This document shows positions 1-11,235 of a stretch of 64,000 bases of DNA, piece after piece. This stretch comes from Massalongia carnosa. Taxonomy: Eukaryota. A model generated the notes under the pieces. It made no database searches. It was not told the origin of the DNA and saw only the letters and a program-made list of their open reading frames with translations. The stretch is from assembly GCA_965645245.1 (NCBI GenBank), contig OZ287085.1, positions 930,001 to 994,000 of the forward strand, in the 5' to 3' direction. The position numbers and the translations under genes were made by a program. Every line of letters begins with the position of its first letter. Within the stretch, counting starts at the first letter, position 1.

Positions 1-397
1 ATTTTCATCTGGATACATTCTCCGCGATGATGATGGTTCGTTTCTACGATCAGAAGGAGAATGCAGATGCAAGTTTACACGTAGATTTGGAAGAAGAAGA
101 AAGCATGAGTCTTGAGGATTTGACTAATGAGATGCAAAGGCGACATGAAGACCTAACACAGGTTTTTCAGAAGGTCTACATTAGTGATGAAGAAGACAAT
201 AACAATGACGAGGACCAGTTAACGCAGATCGGGTCATCGCAGGTTGAGCAGGTCTCAGCGCGAGATGTAAGCATCGAGTCACTTACTTTCGTGTCTTCTT
301 GAGCTAATTATTCTACAGATAAGTAAGAAACGAACTTACAATAACAGAAACTCCATTTCCGAGCAACGCGCACAAGAAGGGGTAGGCTTCCATCAAG

Positions 398-575
398 CGA
401 GGAGGTGAAGGAGGGTATGATAGAGGAGGGTATGGTAGATGAGGCGGAGGAGGAGGAGGAGGAAGAGGGTGTAGTGGATGAGGTGGAGGAGGAGGAGGAG
501 GAGGGTGCGGTGGAGGATGAGGTAGAGGAGGGGGGTGGAGAGGGTGGGGGTGACAAGAAGGTGGAGAGTAAAGGA
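398..575 (+). repeat. (GAG)n-rich low-complexity tract
   Basis: Imperfect gaggag repeats; these explain the poly-E, poly-P and poly-S ORFs here. Confidence 0.85.
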
Positions 576-869
576 AGAGATGGCGAGAGACTTTCTTTAC
601 GAGTTTTGAGTAGGAAGCGATGAATGGGCGACGACATACTTCGATATTCGATAGAAGATAGCATATGAATTTGTGATAGTCTTTATGGTAGTTCGACGTC
701 AACGAAATAAATGTTTTATCTATAATCTACATTTTACTTTGTGATAGTCATTAAAATAAATCTACAATTATTGAAAATCCTAACTCATGTGATAATATTG
801 CATTCGTGTTTTGTGGTAGTCATGCTAGTAGTCATCATTTACACTCGCAGATTTTTTCTGTGGGTACTG

Positions 870-928
870 ATATATGGACACCCCATCCGCTACCTAGAGT
901 CTAAGTAGCGGATGGGGTGTCCATATAT
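870..928. repeat. 59-bp near-perfect palindrome (24-bp arms)
   Basis: atatatggacaccccatccgctac (870-893) is the exact reverse complement of gtagcggatggggtgtccatatat (905-928). Confidence 0.9.
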
Positions 929-1039
929 TATTACCCTTTTCTGTTGGGTAACCCAACGATAACCCAACCCAACCCAAAACCCATTGGGTTGGGTTCTCAT
1001 TTTAATAACCCAACCCAACCCAACCCATTCCGCGGCGTA

Positions 1040-2151
1040 GTTCCGATGCTTCCCTTTCAGTCCTCTCAGACCTCCGTTGATTGCCCTTATGATTACTAAA
1101 AGGGTTGAGTAACGGAAGCGGTTAGTGCGCCGGCAGATGCCGTACTTTCCTTTGATTAGCCTTGGGTTAATGTGGTTGCATGGTGACATCGAAAGGGGAA
1201 ATGCTCAGCGTGAGTGGTGGAAGATAGCTACTACGTGCTGGTCTCCGAGAGAATACGTGATCCAAAGAACCAATGGATGTGGAAGTGCTTAGACCAAGTG
1301 ATCTCGTCCGAGACCCAAACGTGGGTTGGTCATAGAATAAAGACTAATTGCTAACGAATACTACAGGATTCGTTCTGGTCGTTATCCTACTTACTCCAAG
1401 CCCATAGCATTTGGAGCCTTGTAACCTTAGGAGCCTTGCAACCCACTTCTGACCTTATCGCCTTGCATCTAACTATCCCTCAGGATCCATCCACGAACTC
1501 GACGTTCGCTGGATCATCTAGTCACCTCGAGCAGCCTTCTAGACGTTCCCTTGCAAGGTAGAATATTTCTACCTCCGGCTAGATCCCTCGCCTCATTGCT
1601 AGCCTGCCTCTAAACATAAAGTCTAGACGCCGAGGCTATGTAACTTCATTTCGCCGTCACCACTACCAACGTAGCGATGGAAGGTTACCTCCGACTGAAT
1701 CTCTATCTACACTGCGGAGCTGCCTCTAGACACTAGGTCTAGACCACAAGTTCATGTAGGTTCATTCAGCCGACATCACTACCAGCGTAGCAATAAAGAT
1801 GGAAGCTGTAGTTTACAGCGTGCGTCCAGCTAGCCGTGCCTCCTGCTACAACTCTTGATCTATCAAGAGATCGAGTAGCTCCGAGTAGGCCTGTAGATTC
1901 CATATAGAGTTCACGGCTAGTGTCCACAGGAGTTCGACTTACTCCCTTGCAATCTACCACCGCGGCCTCGGCAGGTGTTTGATCTTTAAGCAGTCTAGGA
2001 CGTAGTAACAACTAATTTGGAGTTGTGTCGCAAGGTAGCGTCGTGTCAGCCTTGACGGCTATGCGACTAAGTACTACGGCTTGGCTCAGGCTAGTTAATC
2101 CCGCAACCGCCGTAGGCGATCACCTATCACTCTAGCGCCATCCGCATTACA
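1040..2151 (-). mobile_element. Degenerate LTR-like/retroelement fragment
   Basis: Minus strand starts TGTAATGCGGATGGCGCTAG at 2151. The first ~75 bp recur at 21638-21714 on the plus strand. Left boundary and TSD not resolved. Confidence 0.35.
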
Positions 2152-2271
2152 AAATTGCTTTTTCGCCACCGGGTTTTTCTCTGAAAACTCAACCCGGACA
2201 CCAAAAATCATAGGGTTCACCACAAACTAGTTGGGTTTTCAGTAGAGAAACCCGACCCGTTGCGCGGCGTA
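2152..2271 (-). mobile_element. hAT-type MITE copy, truncated on the left
   Basis: Reverse-complement homologue of 47945-48096; ends cccgttgcgcggcgta; about 30 bp of the other end is missing. Confidence 0.8.
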
Positions 2272-2559
2272 ATCATATATAAATCTCGATTCGAATAATA
2301 CTTAACAGTAAGCCTCAAACAATCATCGAGCGTAGAACAATAAAATTTATTGAACATAAATACATTGAGAAAAGCTGAAAAACAGGCTTTCCTTTTTATT
2401 ACTTCACGTTTTCACGTCGAAATTGACGCGCACATTGTATCGATTCAAAAGAAATTTCGGGAAGTCAAAAACGTCGTCTTTTCAAGAATCAGATTCAGTA
2501 AGTACATTGAGTATTTTTTTAATAATGATTGTAGTATAATTACGAAAGAAACACTTAGA

Positions 2560-2711
2560 TACGTCACGGAACGGGTCGGGTTTCTCTACTGAAAACCAAA
2601 CCCGTTTTTGGCGAACCCAAGGATTATTGGTGTCTGGGTTCGGTTTGGAAAGAAAAACCCGGTGGAGAAAAGGCTATTTTGTGGCCGAAACCTAACCCGT
2701 TGCACGGCGTA
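2560..2711 (+). mobile_element. hAT-type MITE (~152 bp)
   Basis: TIRs tacgtcacggaacggg / cccgttgcacggcgta. Flanking 8-mers cacttaga / cacgcagg (5/8, decayed TSD). Homologous to 47945-48096. Confidence 0.8.
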
Positions 2712-2749
2712 CACGCAGGTTTAGACGAGTCAGGATTAATTACAGAAAT

Positions 2750-2935
2750 TGTTGGGGTGTAAAAAGGATGTTTGATTTGAACTGAGCTGAGCTCGTCTAT
2801 ATACTGCAACGCTAGTCCTAAACGAGTCATGACGACCGATGACGAAAGCGCAATGCTTCATTTGCTTGATAAGCTACTAAGTTAATGCTAACTGCGATAT
2901 CTCCTAATCGCTTTATCTCCGTGTGTACCTCAACA
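2750..2935 (-). repeat. 3' LTR of Gypsy-1
   Basis: Direct repeat of 9619-9804. Confidence 0.97.
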
Positions 2936-2975
2936 AGTGCCCCCCTTTGAAAAGATCGCCAGCGCCCTCGTTGGC

Positions 2976-5900
2976 CTAGTCGATATCATCGGGTGAATTG
3001 TTGTTTATTGCTTTGAATGTTGGAATAGATGCATGTTTTGCTAGGGATGTTGTCGGAGGCGTTGTGGTTTGAGCTGATGGCGGATTTTTGCTTACTGCGG
3101 TCAGTTCGGCCGCTGTTGTAGGTGTACCTGTGCGTGCAATGTGTGATGTTTTGGGCTTTGTTAGAAGCCCTTTAGTTGCTACAACCCGCTGCTTTCGTTG
3201 TGTCTTTGATTGCTTTACCTCCGGATGAGTTGATTCGTATTCTTCAACTAGTGTTAAGCAGTCTCCTAAGGCTGCGATGCTTTTCCATTCATCGTACTCT
3301 GGTCCGTACCCCAGCCATCGTACGAGGTATTGAGTTACTGTGGTCTTCCCATATTTTCGGAGCCGTTTGGCTACCATCTTCTCCACTTCGTAGGATTTAT
3401 TGTCAATTGTGTCGCCTAGCATCTCCACTGATTCTGGATGAGTGGGTCTATAACGATCATACGGGTCCTTTGTGGTGTCTGCAGGCTCAAGCTGGGCAAT
3501 GGATACGACGGGATGTACCCTCCATTTAGGAGGTAGCTCTAGTTCGTACGCCAGGCGCCCTACCCTTTTCTTAATGAGAAAAGGTCCAGTTCGCTGATTG
3601 CTCAGCTTCTTATTAGGTTTGCCCGGTAATTGATACCCATTGTGAAGGCGTAAATACGCATAGTCCCCTTCCTTCAATAACAAAGGCTTGTGTCTTGCAT
3701 CGTAATAGATCTTGGCTTTTGCATTGGCAAAAGATGTGGCGTCTGCGGCCTCTTGTGCATACTCGAGTCTTTTTTCGGCTATGTTTGGCTCTTTATCGGG
3801 AGCCAGTGTTGACAATATTTCTTTCACTTTGAATCCGTACATTATTTCATTGGGAGATAGTCCTGTGGATGACGTGGGAGAATTGTTTAGACTTGCTTGT
3901 AAAGCTGGAAGCGCTTTCACTACACTTATATCGGGATTCTCGGTGATCAGGTATCGAAGCGCTATCTCCACGGTTTGATTTGTTCTCTCGGATAAACCGT
4001 CCGTCTGTGGATGATATGCTGTACTTGTCAATAGACTGGTACCCAATCTTTTGAATAGGCCCTTCCAGAAATCTGAAAGAAATTTGGGGTCTCTATCCGA
4101 GATTATACCCTCTGGTATCCCCCAATCGGCTATCAACAGGCGCTCCAATACTAATTCGGCCCATTCGTCGGCGGAATGTGTTGATTTACCAGCGATAAGC
4201 GATTTTCTTCTGGTCGCTTTGTCTGAGATTGTGAGAACTACATCTAGGTCACCGGGGATTGCGAGTATGAAATCCATAGCAATTGTTCGGAATGGTATTG
4301 TTGAAGTAGAAATTGGCATCAATTCGCCGTATGGGGGATGTCTTTTGGTCTGATTTAGCTGACATGCAGGGCAGTGTTTAATGTAGAGATGAAGTTTGCG
4401 AGATAGTCTTGGCATGTAGATGCTCTCAACCAAACGGCGATAAGCTCTATGATGGCCGGCGTGAAAGTTCTGATCGTGGGCCAGTTGAAATACTTCCTTT
4501 TCGCAATTTTGAGGAATGCACAGCCTGCTGCTGTTGCTGGTGGCGTTACTGCCCTCGTGTTTGTGATATATGAGACCGTGTGCGAGCACGAAGTCCACGC
4601 CCGTTTTCACCGCATTATCAGCATTGGAATTGCTACTTTGTGTAGTTACTTCTTTTATCTTACGCTTCTCCAGACCCTCTAACATTCCCAATATTTTGCA
4701 CCACGATTTGTCCTTGATATAACCCGTTGCGAGTTTTTTCTTGAACTCTGTGGATAGTGTTATCAAGGCTTGACTGTGGGCGTACACTCGATCGGATTCT
4801 GGGGATTCTACAGAGGTTTTATAGGATTCCAGATTAATTGTCTTTGGTGTACTTCGGTTAGCGACGGGCAATCGGCTCAGTGCGTCTGGGACTATATGAG
4901 CTTTGCCGGGTTTGTACCGTATGTCTAACCTGAACTGAGATAGATATGTGGATGCTTTGACGAGATTGAGGTTGAGCTTGTCGATGCTACTTGTAGACAA
5001 CTTGGTCTGTTTAGCAATTGCTGTATTTGCCGCATGATCGGTATAAATAGTAGTTGAATGTCTCGATCCTTGAATCATATGATGAATTCTCTTTACCATC
5101 CATACTAGCCCATTCATCTCTAACTCAGTGGGCCAGTATCTTGATTCGGCGGCCGAAAGAGTTTTGCTGAGAAACAGGATGGGGTCTACGTCTTGTCTTT
5201 TCGGAGGTAGTGCGGGTATTGATACTCCGTCATTACCTCTATCGCTTTTTAAATGATATACCATAACTCCTACTCCTTGCTTGGAGGTATCTACGTCGGC
5301 GTACAGTCTTCGTGTTGTGGAAAAATGAGTGAGCATGCTAGGCTTGCTGAATGCTTCTTGTAATTGAGAGTAGGCGTCCAGCTCTGCATCGGATGGGTCT
5401 GTGATAAGGGTTCGAAGGCTATAGTTCTTCCTAGCTTTACCCTTGTTGGAAGGAGAGTCTCTAAGAAGCATGGTCTTCCGAATTTGCAACGGTTCCGCCT
5501 TTTGTGCGTAGTATGGTACATAGTCGCGAAGCCATCCGGTGAATCCAAGATATCGCTCGAGATCTTTGAGCCTTTCTGGGAAACTCATGCCTGCTATTGC
5601 GGATAGCTTTTCGGCTGCGGTTGTGAGGCCAAGACTATCCACCTTCTGTCCTAGAAGTGTGATGGTAGGGTATCCGAGGTACGTCTTAGAAGGCTTGATT
5701 GCCAGATTGATTTTGCTGAATAGTTCGAAAATCTGATTGAGATGGCGAATATGCTCTTCCAAAGAGTGGCTGAATATGACTATATCATCTACGTATGCCC
5801 TAGCAAAAGCTCGATATGGCCTGAGAATCCCGTCGATTTGACGTTGCGCATAGGCCGGGCTGTTTCTGTATCCCATTACTGCCACGTTCCATTGTTCTGA

Positions 5901-8900
5901 TCCTCTATGAGATACTACTGTGAGTTTGTGGCGGTCCGATTTTTTTACTGGCCACTGATGGAAGAAACCTGCCCCGTCCATGACGCTGATGTAGGTGCAG
6001 CCCTGAATAGCGGAGGTAACATCCGCCTGTAAAGGCATTGGGTAAGCATCGAATTCGGATAACTTATTGAGCCCTCGAATATCTATGACGACGCGGCCCT
6101 TCCTTTCTGGAATCTTCCCTGGGAGATGAATTGTTCGCCATACCACGAATACTGGGTATGCAAATGGTGTGGGTTTGGTTGTCCATTCCATCTTGCCACT
6201 CTTGTGCATCGCATCGAATTCTTTGTCAACTACCGCTCTATCCTCCGGTCCCAAGCGAAAGACTCTGGCTGGCATGGGCTTTGCGTCATTTACTGTTTTT
6301 ATTTCCATCCAGTCCTTTTCTGGGATATTCACAACACCTCCTTTGTCCCTCCATATATCGTGATAGGCCTTTGCCACTGCAGAAAGCCTGTTGTATGTCG
6401 AAGAATCGCCGTATATGGTTATTCCGTTGTCTGTTACCCTTTCCTGCGCAGTTTCGTGTGGTTGGGATAGAACATGAGATGTGCCGCTGAAGGCCGCCGG
6501 CCCAAATTTAGCCAATTTGGTGAAGCCATCGTAGCAGTTTGGCGCTGATTTGATAGCTAAATGGCGGTTTTCTTCATCTACGTTGTAGCAGCCTTCTTCT
6601 TCGTAATCTACTAACGTACCTACCTTCATATTTTTGGGTAGTGTTACCGGTTTATTCGAGGTATTCCGTACCTGAATAGCGGCGAACTGAGAGTCAGTTA
6701 TGTGAGAGAAGAAGCCTCCTTCTGGGCCGAGGGTTCTGTTAGAGCTTGGATGGAATGAGTAGTCTCTGTCACTCGGTATGGTTTTTCCGCGCATTTTTAT
6801 GGGCAGCGCCATGGTCGTGTTCGGAGGAATGGTGGTCGATGTCTGTGCCAGAACCGATCGATTGATCCTTTGACCCTTTGATGTAGTGAACAATTGGATC
6901 TCTACCTCACAACTTCCGATCTCTACGACGTTCTTTCGAGTGTTGATCACCATTTCTTCTGGGGAGATGATGTCCATTCCTATAAGTGCTTTGGCTTTTA
7001 GACTGTCAACTATATGGATTTCTCGAGTAATGTGTGCGATGGCTAGCTCATCCTTGGTCCGACCTGGTAGATATATGTCTTGTAATACATACTCCGAGCT
7101 ATCATGTAACTCTTTACCAATGCCTCGAAGGGTGACTGGAACGGCTGTTTTCATTATCTTCGCCTCTGGAACTCTTTCCAGCAAGAATCCACGATCAATT
7201 GCAGACATGCTAGTTCCTGTATCTAGACATATCTCATCTGGTTTTCCTTTAAATGAGAGTGAGGCGAGAATCTTAGCATAGTGCCAGGACCTGAAGCTAA
7301 ATCCGTCGTTTGTACCTGATTTTGCTTTGGAGCGAATTACTTTCGCTGATACATCATCGTGTTTACTGCAGTCAACAAAGTTGACAATAACCGATGTCTT
7401 CTGAACCGCTTGGCATCCTCGAAGGTGTCTATGAAGCTTGTTGTTAGAATAGAATGACGAATTGCATCTTTTACATGTGTAAGTTATTTCGGGTTCTACG
7501 AAATTTACGTCGGCCGAATCCGGCTCATCTGGGTGGTCTGATGTATTCTCCTGCTGTTCATCGTAGTATCGATCGTCTTCCCAGTATCCTTCGTCAGTAC
7601 TGAAATTCACGTCTTTCGAGTTGTCGTCCGTGGTTGTGTGATAGGCTTTTTGTGGTTTGAAGCTGCCTTTGTTATTAGGAAAGATGTTGCGGAGAGGTTG
7701 TCTGAATTGCTGATTTGCGCGAGAAGCGGACCCGTTTCCTGAATTGGATTGGCCTTGCGTGATCATCTTCTGAGAGGGTGGAGCATTCAGGGCACGCGCG
7801 TCGTTTGAGACTTGATTGTAGCCAGTGGCCATGTTGTTGGAATACTGTTCAGAATAAGCATTGAACTGAGGTTTGCCGATGACAGGTTGAAGCCCCGGTT
7901 GGAAATATTCCTGTCTGTTGGAGGGTCCAGAATTGGAATTGGAATTGTAGTTGGATCTATACTGACCTGTGGAGCGATAGTTTCGTGACGGCTGCTTAGA
8001 GCTGTTGCCATATCCAGACCTGGCACCCAAGGCCCACCAGATCTCCTTATGAGAGTCTAATTCCTGTAGGAATCCACTAAGGTTGGTGGTGGGTGTTGGA
8101 GTCGTCATATCTCTCTGAAATTCCACATCGAGGCCATTGTAAATCAAAAAGAGCTGATTATAAACTTCTGTCATACTGGCTGATTTGGCCGCACGCAGGA
8201 TGACTTGGGCATATTCTCTGGGTTCCTTATGCCTTCGAGCATCTTCCATTGTGTACCCCCCTCTCATGATGGTCTTCATAGCGATCCCAGGGCTTTCTTT
8301 AAACCGGGATGTCAATGCTGTGATCCACTCGTCAACGTCCTTGCCATATTTCAATAGTCGTTTCTCTCCATCCACAAGCTCCGATGTGTACCAGCTAAGG
8401 GCTGTCCCTCTAAGGCAAGTGGCAAGGTTGTTTCGTACCTGCTCGCCTCCTAGTATGATTGCCATATCTTTTATCCTCTCACAAAAGACGTGTACGTCCC
8501 TGTAATATGTGTCTTTGCCCGAATGTTCGATTGAGGGACCGGTGGACAAGCTCTTGCCCTCGAAGTGGGGGTCAAAGAAACCTATCTCACCTGCATTCCA
8601 ACGACCGCCTGATGTGCTATTAGATCCTAGGCCTGGTTCCCCTCGATCACCTGGGGGTCCTGGCGGCCCGGGTGGTCCTGGGGGTCCCGATGCTGCGGAC
8701 TGATTTTGTTCAAGACGTCTGAATGCGGATGTTATCGCGGCGTCGATCATGGCTTGAATTGTCGGATCAATAGTAGGTTGGGCTGACGATGAGGCCATGC
8801 TTGGATGTAAAGAGGATGGCTTAAGCCTAAGAGTACCTGGGGAAAATTTGGGAGGGACCGCGTGTGGTTGGTCCTGCGGCCCAATTGGACTGTTGAATAT

Positions 8901-9419
8901 TACTTCGTCGGCCGATGTCTCCCTTGTTGTAGCTCTAGTAGTAGAAGCCGGATTTTGATCAGGCTGATCAGGTATCGAGGTGTTCTGCAAAAGGTCAACA
9001 CTTGGTCTTTCGGGAGTGGGAGTTCCGGAGGAATTTGATGGTTCCCTGCATATTAAGAAGCTATAGTAGTAAGATGAACCTCGAAATTCTGCCGTGTCCT
9101 TATAGAAAACCTGTAGAGCTACTCTAAGATCGCCTTTGTCTGTGGCCCATCTATAGTCAAACGCTACGGGTTCTGCAGAGGATCTTGTGGATGGACCTGG
9201 CCTTAATGACGTTTGGATAGTGATAAGTTGACCTTCAGTTGGTCTAGTGTTGGTTGCAACTACAGCGGAGGCTACCTGCCTGATTTCTTTACTGATGAGA
9301 TCGGCGTATCTGTGACCGGTTTTGATGAATTCTAGAAGCTGGAAGGCCACCAGGACTGTGCTACGATGCAAGATTGGTGTAGGATGAGAGGAAGCAAGAG
9401 CTGGGGGTTGAGAAGCCAC
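2976..9419 (-). CDS. Gag-Pol polyprotein (gag, C2H2 finger, protease, RT, RNase H, integrase, chromodomain)
   Basis: Protease CLDTGTS; RT YVDD; RNase H YADVDTS...TELE...YTDH; integrase H-H-C-C plus MDF/SDRD/GLSERTNQ; GPF motif; chromodomain YEVEKMVAKR...YLVRWLGYGPEYDEW. The tool start at 9419 is GTG; the first ATG is at 8798. Confidence 0.96.
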   Translation of the reverse strand: MASQPPALASSHPTPILHRSTVLVAFQLLEFIKTGHRYADLISKEIRQVASAVVATNTRPTEGQLITIQTSLRPGPSTRSSAEPVAFDYRWATDKGDLRVALQVFYKDTAEFRGSSYYYSFLICREPSNSSGTPTPERPSVDLLQNTSIPDQPDQNPASTTRATTRETSADEVIFNSPIGPQDQPHAVPPKFSPGTLRLKPSSLHPSMASSSAQPTIDPTIQAMIDAAITSAFRRLEQNQSAASGPPGPPGPPGPPGDRGEPGLGSNSTSGGRWNAGEIGFFDPHFEGKSLSTGPSIEHSGKDTYYRDVHVFCERIKDMAIILGGEQVRNNLATCLRGTALSWYTSELVDGEKRLLKYGKDVDEWITALTSRFKESPGIAMKTIMRGGYTMEDARRHKEPREYAQVILRAAKSASMTEVYNQLFLIYNGLDVEFQRDMTTPTPTTNLSGFLQELDSHKEIWWALGARSGYGNSSKQPSRNYRSTGQYRSNYNSNSNSGPSNRQEYFQPGLQPVIGKPQFNAYSEQYSNNMATGYNQVSNDARALNAPPSQKMITQGQSNSGNGSASRANQQFRQPLRNIFPNNKGSFKPQKAYHTTTDDNSKDVNFSTDEGYWEDDRYYDEQQENTSDHPDEPDSADVNFVEPEITYTCKRCNSSFYSNNKLHRHLRGCQAVQKTSVIVNFVDCSKHDDVSAKVIRSKAKSGTNDGFSFRSWHYAKILASLSFKGKPDEICLDTGTSMSAIDRGFLLERVPEAKIMKTAVPVTLRGIGKELHDSSEYVLQDIYLPGRTKDELAIAHITREIHIVDSLKAKALIGMDIISPEEMVINTRKNVVEIGSCEVEIQLFTTSKGQRINRSVLAQTSTTIPPNTTMALPIKMRGKTIPSDRDYSFHPSSNRTLGPEGGFFSHITDSQFAAIQVRNTSNKPVTLPKNMKVGTLVDYEEEGCYNVDEENRHLAIKSAPNCYDGFTKLAKFGPAAFSGTSHVLSQPHETAQERVTDNGITIYGDSSTYNRLSAVAKAYHDIWRDKGGVVNIPEKDWMEIKTVNDAKPMPARVFRLGPEDRAVVDKEFDAMHKSGKMEWTTKPTPFAYPVFVVWRTIHLPGKIPERKGRVVIDIRGLNKLSEFDAYPMPLQADVTSAIQGCTYISVMDGAGFFHQWPVKKSDRHKLTVVSHRGSEQWNVAVMGYRNSPAYAQRQIDGILRPYRAFARAYVDDIVIFSHSLEEHIRHLNQIFELFSKINLAIKPSKTYLGYPTITLLGQKVDSLGLTTAAEKLSAIAGMSFPERLKDLERYLGFTGWLRDYVPYYAQKAEPLQIRKTMLLRDSPSNKGKARKNYSLRTLITDPSDAELDAYSQLQEAFSKPSMLTHFSTTRRLYADVDTSKQGVGVMVYHLKSDRGNDGVSIPALPPKRQDVDPILFLSKTLSAAESRYWPTELEMNGLVWMVKRIHHMIQGSRHSTTIYTDHAANTAIAKQTKLSTSSIDKLNLNLVKASTYLSQFRLDIRYKPGKAHIVPDALSRLPVANRSTPKTINLESYKTSVESPESDRVYAHSQALITLSTEFKKKLATGYIKDKSWCKILGMLEGLEKRKIKEVTTQSSNSNADNAVKTGVDFVLAHGLIYHKHEGSNATSNSSRLCIPQNCEKEVFQLAHDQNFHAGHHRAYRRLVESIYMPRLSRKLHLYIKHCPACQLNQTKRHPPYGELMPISTSTIPFRTIAMDFILAIPGDLDVVLTISDKATRRKSLIAGKSTHSADEWAELVLERLLIADWGIPEGIISDRDPKFLSDFWKGLFKRLGTSLLTSTAYHPQTDGLSERTNQTVEIALRYLITENPDISVVKALPALQASLNNSPTSSTGLSPNEIMYGFKVKEILSTLAPDKEPNIAEKRLEYAQEAADATSFANAKAKIYYDARHKPLLLKEGDYAYLRLHNGYQLPGKPNKKLSNQRTGPFLIKKRVGRLAYELELPPKWRVHPVVSIAQLEPADTTKDPYDRYRPTHPESVEMLGDTIDNKSYEVEKMVAKRLRKYGKTTVTQYLVRWLGYGPEYDEWKSIAALGDCLTLVEEYESTHPEVKQSKTQRKQRVVATKGLLTKPKTSHIARTGTPTTAAELTAVSKNPPSAQTTTPPTTSLAKHASIPTFKAINNNSPDDID

Positions 9420-9618
9420 GGTGAGAGTTGTGGGAGAGTGAGCTGGACTCAGCTTTGAGTCTAAACCGAGATAGAACTTGGTTTTGGTTTATAAACCTAG
9501 ATGGAACTTGGTTTCTTCGGAGGGCTTGGTGAGAGGCTGATGAGCTCTCTTCTGGTGCTATGTCTAACAGTCTATGGTGCCAGGCAGAAGCGAAAGAAGC
9601 AGATCAAGTGCTACCATT

Positions 9619-9804
9619 TGTTGGGGTGTAAAAAGGATGTTTGATTTGAACTGAGCTGAGCTCGTCTATATACTGCTACGCTAGTCCTAAACGAGTCATG
9701 ACGACCGGTGACGAAAGCGCAATGCTTCATTTGCTTGATAAGCTACTAAGTTAATGCTAACTGCGATATCTCCTAATCGCTTTATCTCCGTGTGTACCTC
9801 AACA
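9619..9804 (-). repeat. 5' LTR of Gypsy-1
   Basis: Direct repeat of 2750-2935. Confidence 0.97.
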
Positions 9805-10204
9805 GAAATCTCTCAGACTGAATAACAAACTCGAAGTTCAATCACAGAGAACAAATAGTAAATAAAAAGTTAAAAGAGTATCGGTCCGCAAGCAAATAGA
9901 AAAAGTAACTGAATTATTTATGGGATTATGACGACTAGTCAAATAAGCAAAAAACGAAAGTGAAAAGACGAGAAAGCTTTCAAAACTGCTTAATTTCATT
10001 AAAGACGATCAAATAATATTCACATTCGAGGAAAAAACGGATATATTAAATCCAAAAAAAATTAATTCGCTTCTTCTGCTGACCTGAACGGTATAAAGAA
10101 TTCTTTCTATTTTAACTCCTTTTATTTTTTTATAATCGTGATCAGATCGAAAGTAACAAAATCGATACGTCGATTCAAACTCGACACGGCTTCTAATTCA
10201 AAGG

Positions 10205-10620
10205 TGTTGAGGATAGCCGAGATGTCTGCTTATAGAAAATGGCACTAACCCCAATGCGCACTAGCTATTGGAAGTATTTGGATTGGCCACCTTGGGATTT
10301 ATCATCAACATCCCGCGTCTGATATTCTAGGAGACATTCGAACATTCTACAGTGGATTGATAATGAGGCAAATATGTCAGCTTTGGAACTCCGACAAAGA
10401 CGAGCTTACATATCAGCATTTGACTGACCGATCACATAGAAAGTGGGAGAATCGTGCTCAAGGCAGGCAGCGGTATATAATGGGCTATATGCCCCCATAG
10501 ATAGCCACAGTCATTTTCAATCAATCATTAGTAGCCTGCCATTGGATCAGCTTGATCATCGCACGTACTTTTTGCTGTTGTTTCCTACTTCCACCCCTAT
10601 AATCCGTAGCCTCCGCAACA
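10205..10620. mobile_element. Solo LTR (416 bp), copy 1
   Basis: TGTTG...CAACA termini; 5-bp TSD AAAGG; near-identical to 36962-37377. Confidence 0.95.
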
Positions 10621-11235
10621 AAAGGAAATACTCAACAGAATTGTAAAGACGTGCTTCGAAAAACTGATCGATTTATTAGTTTCTTTTTTAAGTATATATA
10701 GATGACATTCATGAAACGCGTGCCGTTTAAGGCAAAATAATCGCAAAAATAAAACAATAATATACAGACGTATAATATAGCTCTTGAAAATTATATCAGA
10801 ATCTTATATCTACGTCTACTCCAGTACAAGCAGCTCTACTTACAAAAAAACTCATTAAATTACACGAAACTACGCGCGCAACGGGTTAGGTTAAACCCGT
10901 CGGGTGTAAGGAAGCTGTCGTCGATTCTAATCAACCGCTATTAAACCAAAATTTATCTACAAAGAGGAAAAGAGAAATTACTGTGCGCCCTTGACGAAGA
11001 TATTATCACCGTGGGTCGCGCTAGTGCACATGCTCCCTTGATCCCCCTTTCCCTCATAACTGGCGCTAAGCATGTTCATTGAACTTCCTAAGCCCTATGT
11101 CAGGCTAGGACCCTGACACTACCCCCCCCCCTTTATTGGCGAGGTCTCCGATGGGCTAATTGGCAGTCGCTCTGGCAAGCCCAATGTCGTCATAATAATG
11201 TTCGACATCGAGTCGAAATCAACCTGTTAGTAATA

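Larger units (their letters stand above)
1..1039 (+). mobile_element. 3' end of a probable hAT-superfamily DNA transposon (transposase C-terminus, acidic tail, AACCC subterminal repeats, right TIR)
   Basis: ORF end FHLDTFSAMMMVRFYD plus an acidic tail (1-302) resembles the end of a hAT dimerisation domain. Clustered aaccc repeats at ~950-1027. The terminus ...ccattccgcggcgta (1039) matches the TIR of the 8-bp-TSD MITEs elsewhere in the window. Confidence 0.55.
2750..9804 (-). mobile_element. Full-length Ty3/Gypsy chromovirus-type LTR retrotransposon (Gypsy-1), coding-intact
   Basis: 186-bp LTRs at 2750-2935 and 9619-9804 (TG...CA, two substitutions seen). 5-bp TSD GAAAT. Purine tract next to the 3' LTR (~2939-2948). 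TGGTAGC follows the 5' LTR on the minus strand. Single long ORF. Confidence 0.97.

Noticed and set aside
308..702. Poly-Ser, poly-Pro and poly-Glu ORFs
   Set aside because: By-products of the (GAG)n low-complexity tract.
945..1030. Telomere-like AACCC repeats (also ~17305-17410 and ~21530-21630)
   Set aside because: Not regular TTAGGG arrays; they sit just inside hAT-type TIRs and are better explained as subterminal repeats.
3176..8703. Many plus-strand ORFs within Gypsy-1, and similar shadow ORFs over other long CDSs
   Set aside because: Antisense or alternate-frame shadows with no recognisable motifs.
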